From: Malacoraja senta
Taxonomy: Eukaryota
Assembly (NCBI GenBank): GCA_038087875.1
Contig: CM075985.1
Location: forward strand, 7,626,001 to 7,690,000
Length of the DNA stretch: 64,000 bases
Direction: 5' to 3'
The position numbers and the translations under genes were made by a program. Positions 32,601-45,856 of this stretch are shown one piece after another. The stretch's first letter is position 1; every line of letters starts with the position of its first letter. The notes under the pieces are model-generated. The model was not told the DNA's origin. It made no database searches and was given only the letters and a program-made list of their open reading frames with translations.

Positions 32601-35600
32601 GATGGAGCGCACCTTCTCCACATTCAACTACGGCACCTACCACACCCTGAGTGAGGTGAGTACACGCCCCGGGAAACCACCACGTTAGTCCGTCCAACAC
32701 CCGCACCATGCGGCAACCCAGGGTCCAGGGTAGGCTAGACCGGCGTAGTCAGCTAGATTGGCTGGTGGCTGAACCACTGGCACTTCCCTCCGCTGGCATG
32801 CGGTGTTACCGTGGATGGAGAGGGGCCGAGTTGGGCCGAAGGGCCAGTTTCCGAGCTGCACGACTGTATGACACTAACTGGAGAGAGGAGAGAGGAGGGA
32901 ACGAGAGCGCTAATTGACTGGCAAGGCTCTCTGGTGCGTGAGGTCCACTCTTCTGAGTAGAAGATGTTACCCGGAGCAAAATTCCGCAGCCCCGACTACT
33001 TACATGTTCTGACACATTTGAACAGCCATATTCAATTATCAATTAATTGGTAGTCGATGGATTAGTATGTCCTCTCCGAAGACATTTAGCAAAGACCAGG
33101 GGACCACGGGTTGAGGGAGGGGGACATATGCTATTATTCCTGGATGATATCCAACATCACTTCTCCCCAAACTCCCACAGAGTATGATTGAATCTGATAC
33201 CCTGGCAGTGGGAATGTTCTCGTCAACTTTTTCCCAATTACTTTTTTTTCGCTCCTGTTAGTTTCCCGCAACCCGAAAGCATTCCCCGGTGTACGTTTCA
33301 CTTTCACGCCGTATACCCTTACCCCGTTGTTGACAATAACTGGCAGTACATTAACACATCTGTCACAAGCCTTCGCCCTTTCATCAGGTCACAAAGTCCG
33401 AGAAGTTTTTTTAGTTTTTACTTTCAGAGATACAGCATGGAAACAGGCCGTTCGACCCACCGCGTCCACCCCGACCATCGATCACCCATTTATAATGGTT
33501 CTATGTTCTCATCTACACCCCACACATTTGGAGCAATTTACAGGAACCGACAACCCCGCACGTCTTTGAGGTGTGGGAGGAAACTGAAGCACCCGGAGGA
33601 AACCCACGCGGTCACAGGGAGAACATGCACACTTCACACAGACAGCACCCGTGGTCAGGATCGAACCCGGGTCGTCTCTGTGAGGCAACGGCTCTAGCAG
33701 CTGCGCCATTGTTGCGCCCTCAAGTATAGAGTCATATATAATACGAAAACTGGCCCTTCGGCCCAACTTGTCCACGCCGACCAAATTGTAGATGGACGCA
33801 AAACCCCTTTGACTCATTTTGATCTCATTCTTAGAAAGGGCTATCGGCATCAGACCGCACTGCTCATTGGAGCAGCTACCTGGGAAAAGCATCAAAAACC
33901 TTTACTCCCACAAACTTGATTCAGCTGGTGATCACTGCAATGACCCGGGTTCCAATGCCCACCTTGATTTACTCATCCTAGTCCTGGACATTCGCCCTGG
34001 TCCCCGGCTCTTTAGCAGCCTCTGAATTCCCATAATCTGCTCTGTAACTTTACCCAATTTGAATGCTCCCCGGTCCGCCTGGACGTCTGCCTTCTTTGCG
34101 TGTTAACTTACTATACAATACAATACGGTTTTATTCGTCACATTGCACATCAAGTGCAAGTGAAATGAATTTGCCAGCAGCGGTACAATGCTAAAGAACA
34201 CACAATACACAATAACAATTTAACACACACACTTGTCTCTCACCTTTGCTGCAGATTTATACATGGATGGACGATCTGGTCTTTGCGTTTCCCGGGCTGC
34301 TGCAGAAGCTAGAGATTGGGACGTCGTTCGAAGGGCGGGCGCTCTACGTGCTGAAGGTTTGGAGATAGTCAGTGTGCGAGGGCGCGCAACTTCTCACCAG
34401 CTCCGTTACTAAAGCTTCAGCAGACCCATAGTGCCAACGTCCTGTCTTGAGCAGAGTTCCAGATTACCACACTATTATTGCTGTTACAGCTTCCACAAAC
34501 TTCCTGTGGAGTCTGGTCCTGTCCAGTCCCTCTAGATTATCCAGAGAATGTGTAAATGGAAGTCTGATTGAAAGATGCAGCATGGGACACCGAGTCCACG
34601 CCGACTATCGATCGCCCATTCACGCTAGTTCTATGCTATCCTACTTTCGCATCCACTCCCTACACAATGAGGCCAAAATTAACCTACTACCCCGCGTGTC
34701 TTTGGGATGTGGGAGAAAACCGGGGCACCCGGAGGAAACCCACACGGTCACAGGGAGAACGTGCAAACTCCACACAGACAGTGCCAGAGTTCAGGGTCGA
34801 ACCCGGGTCCCTGGTGCTGTGAGGCAGCGGCTTTATCAGCTGTGCCACGAGTACGTTTCCATTTTCCCATTGAAAATCATCCCGCCTCCCAGAAAAAGAA
34901 CGAACACCAAGCCGGGTGCTCTCGGGACTTTGCCCACCCACCCTAGAACAAGACGAGGTCGGTCCGCTCCAGTCCCAATCCTCGTCCCCCCTGTAATCGT
35001 CTTCCATTTACTTGTGTGAAGTTCAGCACCGGAGGAAGCCAGCGCCCGGCCATCTGGATCGACAGCGGAATCCACGCCCGCGAGTGGGTGTCTCCCGCCA
35101 GCGCCGTCTGGATGGCTAACAAGGTAACTAACCAACGGGGAACTAACTGCAGGTGCTAGGAGCTACAGCAAAACACAAAGTGCTGGAGGGACCTAGCGGG
35201 TCAGCCAACACCAGTGGAGGAGGCAATGGTTAGGCGGCATTCCAGGTTGGCACCCTTCTTGAAACTGGGTTGCAAGGAGAGAAAGCTGAAAAAGAGAGGT
35301 GGGTGGGGGCGCGGCAAAGCATAGTTGGATGTACACATAAATGCTGGAGAAACTCAGCGGGTGCAGCAGCATCTATGCTGCTGCACCCGCTGAGTTTCTC
35401 CAGCATTTTTGTGTACCTGGGATTTCCAGCATCTGCAGTTCCTTCTTAAACACAAAAGCATTGTTGGATTCAGATGAGGGAGGTCTGATTGGCAAATGGT
35501 GGAGTAAGCGACGAAGGCTAGATGTGAAAAGATACGGAGAGAAGAGGAGCGAAATTCCGGGGTGGTGTTACTTCTTCTTGCGTTTGAGGCAGCAGAGGTT

Positions 35601-38600
35601 ATGTAACGCCCTCCAGGCGCTGTCGCCAGTTCAACGCGTTACTGTAGACACTGGGAACAGTGAGTCCGCTAATGTTCGACCAGATCCAATGTTATCACAG
35701 GAACCGAACAGGGAGCACTCGCCACATGTTCTGTCTTTCTCCTGTAGATCGCCAGTGACTACGGCCAGGAGCCCTTCATCACGTCGTTGCTGCAGAGAAT
35801 GGACATCTACATGGAGATCGTGGTGAACCCCGATGGCTATGTCTACACGCACACCAAGGTCAGTGCCCGAGACGCCCAGCTTGGTGCCGCCCTGTGTCGT
35901 GGGCGGCGCTTGGAACAGCTAGTGGGGTTATATCCCTCATAGACACCGAGTCCCCACCCGTCCTTCTGCCCCCTTATTGTGAGCACGCTGAACCCATCGA
36001 CGTTCGTCACCTGTTGGTGCTGAAGATCTATTGTAAATACACCCACCCGGTCATCTATCAGGTAACTAACTGTTCGTGGGATCGTCCAACTTTAACTTGG
36101 CCCAGAAAACGAACGAGGAGCATATATCCCCCAATCTCCCGTTCATTACAGATACTGTCTGACCCGCTGAGTTCCTCCTGCGTGTGTCTATCTTCGGTGT
36201 TAACCAGCATCTGCTGCTCTCAGTGTAAAACAATCTGTTCTGTCTACCTAATTTTTTGCCTCTCATAATTTTATAAACTTCTCTATCAGGTGTCCCCTCA
36301 ACCTCAATGTTCAAAAGAAAACAATAAAAGTTTAAACAATAAAACAATAACTTAACTAATACTCCCTGATTCCTCCAAGACTTAATGCATGGTTTACATG
36401 CAATATGTAATGCTTTAAGACAAAACATAAAACCCACAGGTCTCGACAAACAATGTGTAAGAAGGAACTGCAGATGCTGGTTTAACCGAAGATAGACACA
36501 GAAAGCTGGAGTAACTCAGCGGGACAGGCAGCAACTCTGGAGAGAAGGAATGGGTGACGTTTCGGGTCGAGACATTTTCAGACTTGAAAGTCTTCTTCAG
36601 ACTTCTTCAATCTGAAGAAGGGTCTCGACTCGAAATGTCACCCATTCCTTCTCTCCAGAGGTGATGCCTGTCCCGCTGAGTTACTCCAGCTTTCTGTGTC
36701 TATCAAGAGAAAGATAATATTAGCTCAAAGGAAAAGGATCATAACATCACCAAAAGAAAAGTTAGGAAAGAGAATTTTGGAAAAAATAAGTATTAGAGCA
36801 TTCTTGTGATTTCTGAGAACAAATATTGTAGCATCCCTGTGAGGCCAGATCACAACATTATGTTTTCCTCATGAGCTTAGAGAATGAGTGTTAGCATTCT
36901 TGAAAGCTCAAAATAAATATTGCAGCACCTCTGTCTCTCCACTGCTGGGATTAATATCTTGTGTAATTTCCATAGAATCGAATGTGGCGCAAGACCAGGT
37001 CTGGAGTCCCCGGAGGGAAATGTTTTGGGGTTGATGCAAACAGGAACTTCGATGCTGGCTTTGGAGGTTCGCGAGGAAATTTAATTTTTTCTTCCCTGTC
37101 TCCACATCACATTTTCCTTCCTTCTTTCACAAGCTGTGGTGTGAATATGTGGCCTCGTGTATGTGCTTTTGGTCAAGCCTGTGCTTTTCCAGTTGTCCTC
37201 CGAGGAAAATTTGAAGTGTCCTAAAATAAGAGTATATTCCTCTCATGGCCAGAAGTGAGACCATTAGGCAGTGGTATTCAGAGAGCTGGAGACACAGGAG
37301 AGCGCAAAGCAGGAATATGAAGCAACAATCTGTTGGAGAAACTCAACCGGTCAAGCAGCATCTGTGGGGGCAAAGGAATGGTTGAAGTTTGAGATTGTAA
37401 TTTTGACAACTTTCCATCCACAGATGTTGCCCAACCCACTGCATCCATCCTGCAGATTGTATGTTTATCCAGAAAACTATTTGACCAAAGTAGCCACCAC
37501 TGTTGTGCCTAATGCAGAGTTAAATCAGTATAGAAGCACAGGGAGCTGTAGCTGTCACTGGCTTAGCCTTCATAAATTACCGGTCTGGTGGCTAATCATT
37601 ATGTCTTGTTCCCTCTATCCTTGGAATATTGAGGCTGAATATAATGACTGAATGCATTTAAGGCAGAAATGTGGGTTGCATTACAGTCCAGAATGGGTTA
37701 TGTTGTTGGAGTAATAATTCAGAGATCTGAACTCTTGATCTCAACAGTATTCAGTTAATTTAACCCACTTCATTATATAAAGCTGAAGCAAACTAGGACT
37801 AGCCTCAAAGAATATTGCAGCACAGGGACAGGCCCGTCAGCCCACAACGTCTGTACTGAACATGACGCCAAGACCAATTCTTATCTCTGCACATGATCTA
37901 CTACATTTTCCCATTCCCTGTTTATACAGGTGCATATCCAAACATCTCTTAAATGGCACTATTGTAGTGCCCTGCCTGCACTAGTACCTCTGGCAGTGCA
38001 TTCCAGGCAGTCTATGTAAAAATACTTGCCCAAAATATCTTCTTTACATTTAAATTTTAACTTTAAATGTTGCCCCCTCATCCTAAAACTATGCCCTCTA
38101 CTAATTGACATTTCTATCCTGGGAAAAAAGATCTAACTGCATTTATCCTATTTATACCTCTGAAAATGTTGTATACTTCTATCAGGTCTTCTGAAATTGA
38201 AGTAACTGATTCTCAGGAAGAGAAACCTAAGCTGTACATTGGGGAAGTACTTTTGATCTCAGTGGAACAACATAGGAGGTTGTGAGGAGATTTAATAGAA
38301 ATCTATAAAACATGAAAGATGGGCAATAACTTCCGGATTAAGAACTAGGGAGCATAGATTAAAGGTGATTGGTTCCCAGTATCTACAGTAATGCACCATT
38401 GTTTACAAGTTGTGGTTAGAAGCTGGCAGCAGGATGTGGTAGTGAAAGCAGATTTGATTGTATTCTAAATGGAGCTGAATAGGTAACATGGAAATACCAT
38501 AAAGAGCTATGGGAAGAGGATGACTCACTTCACTGTCCTAATGTACGGCTGGTGTAAACTTAATGATCTCAAAAGCTTCCTTCCCTGCTGTAACCACTCT

Positions 38601-41600
38601 GTGATTCTGCAATGGGAAGGAAATCTTACCCATTCAGACCTTAAATTGATTTGGTGAGACAAGGTCAGTCCGGGATGGATGATACACATCCTAAGCAGAT
38701 GAAGTAGCGTTCAGGCAGAGGACGACATGCATCGCTGCTGCATAGTCAGACAATAAGTTGCAGCTCCCGCAGGAATAGGGTGGTGGACACCTGCACTGTG
38801 GTGGCACCTTCAGGAGAGGAAGGGAATTGAGATTATGAGAACAATGCACTTGATTGTTTGTGTGAGGATTCATTGTGTCTGTACTTTCGGTGATAGGTCC
38901 TGGAACCAGTAGCAATCCGTGCATGGAAACTTATCATGGACCCTACGCCAACTCTGAATCTGAGGTTGCAGCCATTGTGAACTTTTTGCAGAACCACAGA
39001 AACATCAAGAGCTTCATCTCCATTCACAGTTACTCACAGCTCCTCATGTTTCCCTTTGGGTATAAATGTGTGCAACCTGCTGATTACCAGGAGCTGGTAG
39101 GTCAAACTTTACCAATGTTCTTAATTCTTCACCCCCCCCCCCCTCCCCTTGCTTTCTCACCATAGTGTTTTGTTCCCTCGCCTATTTTTTGCAAGTCAGG
39201 TATTGTCTTTTACTGCATCGGGAATCTTTTACTGCATCTTTTACTGCATCATGTCAACTCAGCATCTTCAGTTAACATTTCTAACCATATAACCATATAA
39301 CCATTACAGCACGGAAACAGGCCATCTCGGCCCTTCAAGTCCGTGCCAAACACTTTAAAAAAAAATATTTTTAAATTTAATTTGTTTTAATTTTTAATTT
39401 TTATTACTTCCCCCTAGTCCCATCTACCTGCACTCAGACTATAACCCTCCATTCCTTTCCCGTCCATATACCCATCCAATCTATTTTTAAAGGATGAAAT
39501 CGAACCTGCCTCCACCACTTCCACTGGAAGCTCATTCCACACAGCTACCACTCTCTGAGTAAAGAAGTTCCCCCTAATGTTACCCCTAAACTTGTCCCTT
39601 AATTCTCAAGTCATGTCCCCTTGTTTGAATCTTCCCTACTCTCAATGGGAAAAGCTTATCCACGTCAACTCTGTCTAACCCGCTCATAATTTATAAAGGT
39701 CACCCTCTGCAACCGCCTTCTGGATCTACAAGTCAACCCATCACTTATCCTGTGGATAAAAGACTTCCTGCAGGACCGGCCTCAGCATGTGGTGGTAAAT
39801 GGTTTTAAATCCAAGAACATGATCTTAAACACTGGTGTCCCCCAGGGTTGTGTTTTATCACCGATTTTATTTTCCATCTACACAAACAACATAACAAACA
39901 ATAACAGTGACATTTCCCTTTTTAAGTATGCAGACGATATGGCCCTGGTGGCCCACATCAAGGATCACCTTCTCTGGCTGCCTACTATCAGCAGGTCAAC
40001 ACCCTGATGCTGTGGATCAAAGAGAGCTCTCTGGAGCTTAACATCTCCAAGGCCAAGGAGCTGTGTTGTGGGGGGAGGCGAACATCTTCCACCCAACCTC
40101 TCTTTGAACCTCTGAGGCTGAATGGGCAGACAGTTGAGCAGGTAGAGGCCTTTAGATACCTGGGCACAGAGATTGACACCCGCCTGTCCTTCTCCCAGCA
40201 CACAGACTCTGTGTACAAGAAGGCACAGCAACGCCTGTTCCTGCTGAGGAAACTCAGGAGATTTGATGTCAGACAGGACATTTTAACAACTCCAACTCCC
40301 CCTCCCATTCTGTATCTGACCTCTCTGTCCTGGGTCTCCTCCATGGCCACAGCGAGCAACACCGTAAATTGGAGGAAATGCACCTCATATTCAGCTTGGG
40401 CAGTCTACATCCTGGGGGCTTGAACATTGAATTCTCCCAATTCTGCTAGCCCTTGCTGTCCCCTCCCCTTCATCAGCCATCTGGTTGTCTCCTCCCCTCC
40501 CCCAGCCCTCGGGCTCCTCCTCCGCCTTTTTCCTTTTTTCCTTTCTTCTCCCCACCCCCTATCAGTCTGAAGAAGGGTTTCGGCCCGAAACGTTACCTAT
40601 TTCCTTCGCTCCATAGATGCTGCTGCACCCGCTGAGTTTCTCCAGCATTTTTGTGTACCTAGGACATTTTAACAGCTGTCTATAAATCACTTATAGAATC
40701 TGTACTCACCTTTAACATCACGTCCTGGTTCACCCTCACCTCTGTCAAAGACAAATCAAAGCTTTCCCGGATCATCAATCAAGCAAGCAAAATAACTGGC
40801 AAAACTCAAAATCAATTATCAGTACTTCACACCCAGGCAGTTAAAAGGAAAGCCAACCTCATTACACAGGATCCCACCCACCCCCTGCACAAGTCCTTCC
40901 AACTTCTGCCATCAGGCCGCTGATATAAAGTCCCCCTATCTAAGAAAAACATCCACAAAAACTCATTCATACCCATTGCCATAAACAGCTTAAATAAAAA
41001 ATGAACAATGGACAAATTAACCCTGACGCACTGTCACTTTACACGTATCCACAACTTTCATCTTGTCTATTTTTACAGTTTTTAATCCTTATACTTGCTT
41101 TTAAGATCTATACACACGGTGTGTGCTCGCAGAAATCTGTGTTGTATGACTGCTTATCAGTACATTGTCCTGTTTGTATGTTGAGCCACGCCAAAGAAGA
41201 TTTTCTGTTACGACAGACAATAAAGTTTTCTGAATCTGAATCTGAATCTGAAAGACCTCTATCAAGTCCCCTCTTAACCTTCTGCGCTCCAAAGAATAAA
41301 TACCTAACTTGTTCAACCTTTCTCTGTAACTTAGTTGCTGAAACCCAGGCAATATTCTAGTAAATATCCTCTGTACTCTCTCTATTCTGTTGACATCCTT
41401 CCTATAATTAGGCGACCAAAATTGTACTCCATACTCCAGAATTGGCCTCACCAATGCCTTGTACAATTTTAACATTACATCCCAACTTCTATATTCAATG
41501 CTCTGATTTATAAAGGCCAGCACACCAAAAGCTTTCTTTACCACCCTATCTACATGAGATTCCACCTTCAGGGAACTATGCACAGTTATTCCTAGATCCC

Positions 41601-44600
41601 TCTGTTCAACTGCATTCCTCAATTCGCTACCATTTACCATGTACGTCCTATTTTGATTTGTCCTGCCGAGATGTAGCACCTCACATTTATCAGCATTAAA
41701 CTCCATCTGCCATCTTTCAGCCCACTCTTCCAAATGGCCTAAATCTCTCTGTAGACTTTGAAAATCTACTTCATTATCCACAACACCACCTATCTTAGTA
41801 TCATCTGCATACTTACTAATCCAATTTTCCACACCATCATCCATATCATTGATGTACATGACAAACAACAGTGGACCCAACACAGACCCCTGAGGCACCC
41901 CACTAGTCACCGGCCTCCAACCTGATAAACAGCCACTCACCATTACTCTCTGGCATCTCCCATTCAGCCACTGTTGAATCCATCTTGCTAATCCACCATT
42001 AATACCCAACAATTTAATCTTCTTAACCAACCTTCCATGAGGAACCTTGTCAAAGGCCTTACTGAAGTCCATATAGACAACATCCACTGCTTTACCCTCA
42101 TCAATTTCCCTAGTAACCTCTTCGAAAAATTCAAGAAGATTAGTCAAACATGACCTTCCAGGCACAAATCCATGTTGACTGTTCCTAATCAGACCTTGCT
42201 TATCCAGATGCTTATATATATTATCTCTAAGTATCCTTTCCATTAATTTGCCCACCACTGATGTCAAACTAACAGGTCTATAATTGCTAGGTTTACTCTT
42301 AGAACCCTTTTTAAACAACGGAACAACATGCGCAGTACGCCAATCCTCCGGCACTATTCCCGTTTCTAATGACATTTGAAATATTTCTGTCATAGCCCCT
42401 GCTATTTCTACACTAACTTCCCTCAATGTCCTAGGGAATATCCTGTCAGGACCTGGAGACTTATCCGTTTTCATATTTTTCAAAAGTGTCCACACCTCCT
42501 CTTCTTTGAATCTCATAGTTTCCATTGCTACTCTGCTTGTTTCCCTTACCTCACATAATTCCATATCCTTCTCCTTGGTGAATACCGAAGAAAAGAAATT
42601 GTTCAATATCTCCCCCATCTCTTTTGGCTCTGCAGATAGCTGTCCACTCTGACTCTCTAATGGACCAATTTTATTCCTTGTTATCCTTTTGCTATTAATA
42701 TAGCTGTAGAAACCCTTTGGATTTACTTTCACCTTACTTGCCAAAGCAACCTCATACCTTCTTTTAGCTTTTCTAATTTCTTTCTTAATATTCTTTTTAC
42801 ATTCTTTATACTCCTCAAGCACCTCATTTACTCCATGCTGCCTATAATTATTGTAGATCTCTCTCTTTTTCCGAATCAAGTGTCCAATTTCCCGTGAAAA
42901 CCATGGCTCTTTCCAATTTTTACTATTTCCTTTCAACCGAACAGGGACATAAAGATTCTGTACTCTTAAAATTTCACGTCTAAATGTCCTCCATTTCTCT
43001 TCTACATCCTTCCCATAAAACAACATGTCCCAATTCACTCCTTTTAAATCCTTTCGCATCTCCTCAAAGTTAACCTTTCTCCAATCAAAAATCTCAACCC
43101 TAGGTCCAGTTCTGACCCTCTCCATAATTGTATTGAAACTAATGGTATTGTGATCACTGGACCCGAAGTGCTCCCCAACGCATACCTCCGCCACCTGCCC
43201 TGTCTCATTTCCTAACAGGTGGTCCAGCACTGCCCCTTCTCTAGTAGGTACCTCTATGTATTGCTGCAAAAAACTATCCTGCACACATTTTACAAACTCC
43301 AAACCATCCAGCCCTTTTACAGAATGTGTTTCCCAGTCTATGTGTGGAAAATTGAAATCTCCCACAATCACTACCTTGTGCTTACTACTAATATCTGCTA
43401 TCTCCTTACATATTTGCTCTTCCAATTCTCGCTCCCCATTTGGCGGTCTATAATACACCCCTATAAGTGTTGCTACACCTTTCCCATTTCTCAGTTCCAC
43501 CCAAATAGACTCCCTAGACGAGCTCTCTAATCTATCCTGCCAAAGCACTGCTGTAATATCTTCCTTGACAAGCAATGCAACACCCCCACCTCTTGCCCCT
43601 CCAATTCTATCTCCCCTGAAGCAACGAAATCCTGGAATATTTAGTTTCCAATCACAACCCTCCTGCAACCATGTTTCACTGATCGCCACAACATCATACT
43701 TCCAGGTGTCAATCCAGGATCTAAGCTCATCCACCTTTCTTACAATGCTCCTAGCATTAAAATATACACATTTAAGAAACTCACCACCACCACCACTTAT
43801 TCTCTGTTTACTCTAAATATGTATCTCTAAGATACATATTATTTTATAATACTGTTCTGCCCTATATACTCAGTAGGAGACACATTGCAAACAGGAAAAT
43901 GGACCTTTCACATTCCAGAGGGGAAAAAACATAATTAGTGTCCCTGGTCCAATCCATGTTGGAGCTAGTCATCTCAACATTGAACAAGAATCGACCCAGG
44001 ACTCCTCTGACCAACCTATTTGCATGTTGCTTCTACTGCCTTCTCGCTCCAAGCTGTCGTGAAGGTTGACAAACAATGCCCGATCATTCAGTGCATTTCC
44101 AAAATACCTTCTTCAAAGGTGAATGTGATGAAGAATTCCACATGGAAGCAGTGAACAGGAGAAGCTGAATGGCTTTTCTTCATAATGTTCTCACCTTTTG
44201 CAAATGAGCTCTAGCAGTCAGGAATTCTTCTGTTGCTGATCCTGATTGTTCTTTGCTTTAGGAAGGAATTGCCAAATCCGCTGTCGGGTCTTTAACCTCG
44301 ATGTATGGAACACGATACAAAACTGGATCCATCTGTGATGCAATCTGTAAGTCATCTGTTACAGTCTCTTGCATAACAGTGTCAGGAGGGAGAGAATGGA
44401 TTTTACACTTCCTGCTGGCTGGTAACTGTAATTCTCAGTGTAGTAAAAACAGCCAACTATTGGTTACGACAATAACCTCCTTTTATACAGTGTCTTTAAT
44501 GCAGAACAAATATTACTTAGTTCCTAAATATTACTAGCTTTACCAAACAAAAGACTCATTGATTCCAAGCCAAGTAGAAAGTTATGAAGGCAGTGGCAAA

Positions 44601-45833
44601 AGTCTTTGGAAGCACCTGAGAAGTGAATAGGTAGGTAAGAGAGAGGTAAGAGGTAGGATAGAGAGAGGTACGGAGCTTTACTAAACAAGTTGCAACACTT
44701 AGGACCTTGGCAACACAAAGCATGATCACCAATAGTGGAGAAGCAATTAAAATTGGAATGCACAGGATCTGGTGGAGTGGAGAATCATCATAGAGATTCC
44801 AGGGACGAGGGAAGAAAGACTATGGAGGGACTTAAAAACCAACATGAAAATGGTAAAAACATAACCTTCCCTGAATGGTTCCCTGAACCGTTGCTGAATG
44901 AAAGAGATGACTTCTGGTGGGGAATAGGAATATTCAGAGGAAGTAGTCTGGGGAGGGGATGGCACGGCAATTCAGTGTAGAATTGGTGTCTAGTGATTTC
45001 CACTACCAAGGTGAGGGTAGGACAATGTTGAATATCAGAGCACTTGAGTTCAGTTGACTCTCCTTGCCTTGCCTCAGGCAGAAAGATGAGATACCTGGAT
45101 AAAATCATGCGGGTGACGGTTGATGTACATGGATAGTGGTTTCATCAGAATCAGCTCAGGAAAGATGGAGGAACACTAACATTATAGACATCAGCTGAGG
45201 CTCATTATATAATCTCTATAACCGTTGTGGGTTCAAAGATCACTCCAGAGATTTAAATACCTAATCCAAGTTGATGCTCCAGTGCAATGCTCAATTAAAA
45301 AAAACCCGGAATTCTTAGACCTATTGCTCTTTAGGTGAGACATTCTTATTTATTCTCTTCAGCAGTTATGAAAAATCCCTTGACAGGGTAGTGCTCCTGG
45401 GTGTCCTGAGCAATGTTTACCCCTCAACCAATGTCACAAAGACAGATTACTTGGTGTAGATGGGAGACTCTGTACTTTATATGTCATGCTAATGGCTTTA
45501 CTTTAGAATATGCCTCATTAGACTGCAACACACCTTGCTTGATCATCCTAGGCACTAGATGAATCCAAACTCTTTATTTAATTCATAAACCCAGAGAATC
45601 AAATACTCAGAAACCAAAATGTTTCTCTTTCCCTCGCTTCCTTTTCAGATCAGGCTAGTGGAGGCAGCATTGACTGGACTTACAACCAAGGCATCAAATA
45701 CTCCTTTGCCTTTGAACTCCGTGATACTGGTCGCTATGGTTTCATGCTGCCTTCCCGAGAGATAATTCCAACTGCCAAGGAGACCTGGGAAGCGATGAAG
45801 TCAATCATGGGGTATGTTGGCAGCCGCTCTTGA
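29540..45833 (+). CDS. CPA2: Carboxypeptidase A2-like pancreatic zinc metallocarboxypeptidase (M14A), 11 exons, 418 aa
   Basis: Exons 29540-29604, 31257-31338, 31970-32104, 32557-32655, 34255-34356, 35022-35123, 35748-35858, 36976-37066, 38897-39096, 44262-44346, 45649-45833 (1257 nt, in frame). Signal peptide, prodomain, HARE (His69/Glu72), WRKTR (Arg127), NRN (Asn144/Arg145), HSY (His196), Tyr248 and FELRD (Glu270) are all present. The family call is solid; CPA2 versus other A-type paralogues rests on diagnostic residues. Confidence 0.9.
30352..30778 (+). mobile_element. tRNA-derived V-SINE (HE1-like)
   Basis: V-domain GGAGTTTGTACGTTCTC...CGGTTTCCTCCCAC; CR1-like 3' end; (CTAAA)n tail. Confidence 0.8.
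31257..31338 (+). CDS. CPA2: CPA exon 2 ([27 protein letters not shown])
   Basis: 82 nt, AG/GT. Confidence 0.92.
31970..32104 (+). CDS. CPA2: CPA exon 3 (LDIWRSP...DVRVP...MIEDLQ)
   Basis: 135 nt, AG/GT. Confidence 0.92.
32557..32655 (+). CDS. CPA2: CPA exon 4 ([33 protein letters not shown])
   Basis: 99 nt, AG/GT; contains the pro/mature junction. Confidence 0.92.
33410..33720 (-). mobile_element. V-SINE
   Basis: V-domain and tRNA-like head in reverse orientation. Confidence 0.8.
34255..34356 (+). CDS. CPA2: CPA exon 5 ([34 protein letters not shown])
   Basis: 102 nt, AG/GT. Confidence 0.92.
34570..34848 (-). mobile_element. V-SINE
   Basis: V-domain and tRNA-like head in reverse orientation. 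Confidence 0.8.
35022..35123 (+). CDS. CPA2: CPA exon 6 ([34 protein letters not shown])
   Basis: 102 nt; zinc-binding HxxE motif. Confidence 0.95.
35748..35858 (+). CDS. CPA2: CPA exon 7 (IASDYG...[13 protein letters not shown])
   Basis: 111 nt; NPDGY motif. Confidence 0.95.
36455..36703. mobile_element. Penelope-derived fold-back element
   Basis: Arms of about 90 bp reverse-complementary; CTGAAGA...GAAA core at the centre. Confidence 0.75.
36976..37066 (+). CDS. CPA2: CPA exon 8 ([30 protein letters not shown])
   Basis: 91 nt, AG/GT. Confidence 0.95.
38897..39096 (+). CDS. CPA2: CPA exon 9 ([15 protein letters not shown]...[25 protein letters not shown])
   Basis: 200 nt, AG/GT. Confidence 0.95.
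39699..41250 (+). mobile_element. Rex1/Babar-like LINE, 5'-truncated
   Basis: [35 protein letters not shown]; (TCTGAA)n tail. Confidence 0.88.
40289..40660 (+). mobile_element. Penelope-like element 3' end nested in the Rex element
   Basis: 14-bp TSD AGGACATTTTAACA at 40275-40288 and 40661-40674; GIY-YIG C-terminal-like [28 protein letters not shown] followed by the hammerhead-core repeat. Confidence 0.85.
44262..44346 (+). CDS. CPA2: CPA exon 10 ([28 protein letters not shown])
   Basis: 85 nt, AG/GTAAGT. Confidence 0.93.
45649..45833 (+). CDS. CPA2: CPA exon 11 ([35 protein letters not shown]...GSRS*)
   Basis: AG acceptor; TGA at 45831-45833. Confidence 0.95.
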
Positions 45834-45850
45834 TTTCTGAACCAACTGCT

Positions 45851-45856
45851 AATAAA
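45851..45856 (+). promoter_or_regulatory. CPA polyadenylation signal AATAAA (second one at 45987-45992)
   Basis: 17 nt after the stop codon. Confidence 0.6.

Larger units (their letters stand above)
39282..43812 (-). mobile_element. CR1 LINE with a long open ORF2 (APE endonuclease + RT), split by a nested Rex1-like element
   Basis: ORF open from 43734 to the Rex junction at about 41251 ([24 protein letters not shown]); 3' end and (ATATGGTT)n tail at 39282-39698. Confidence 0.95.

Noticed and set aside
41101-43734. 877-aa ORF as a domesticated gene
   Set aside because: Ordinary CR1 ORF2, 5'-truncated, with its 3' end interrupted by another LINE; no evidence of domestication.
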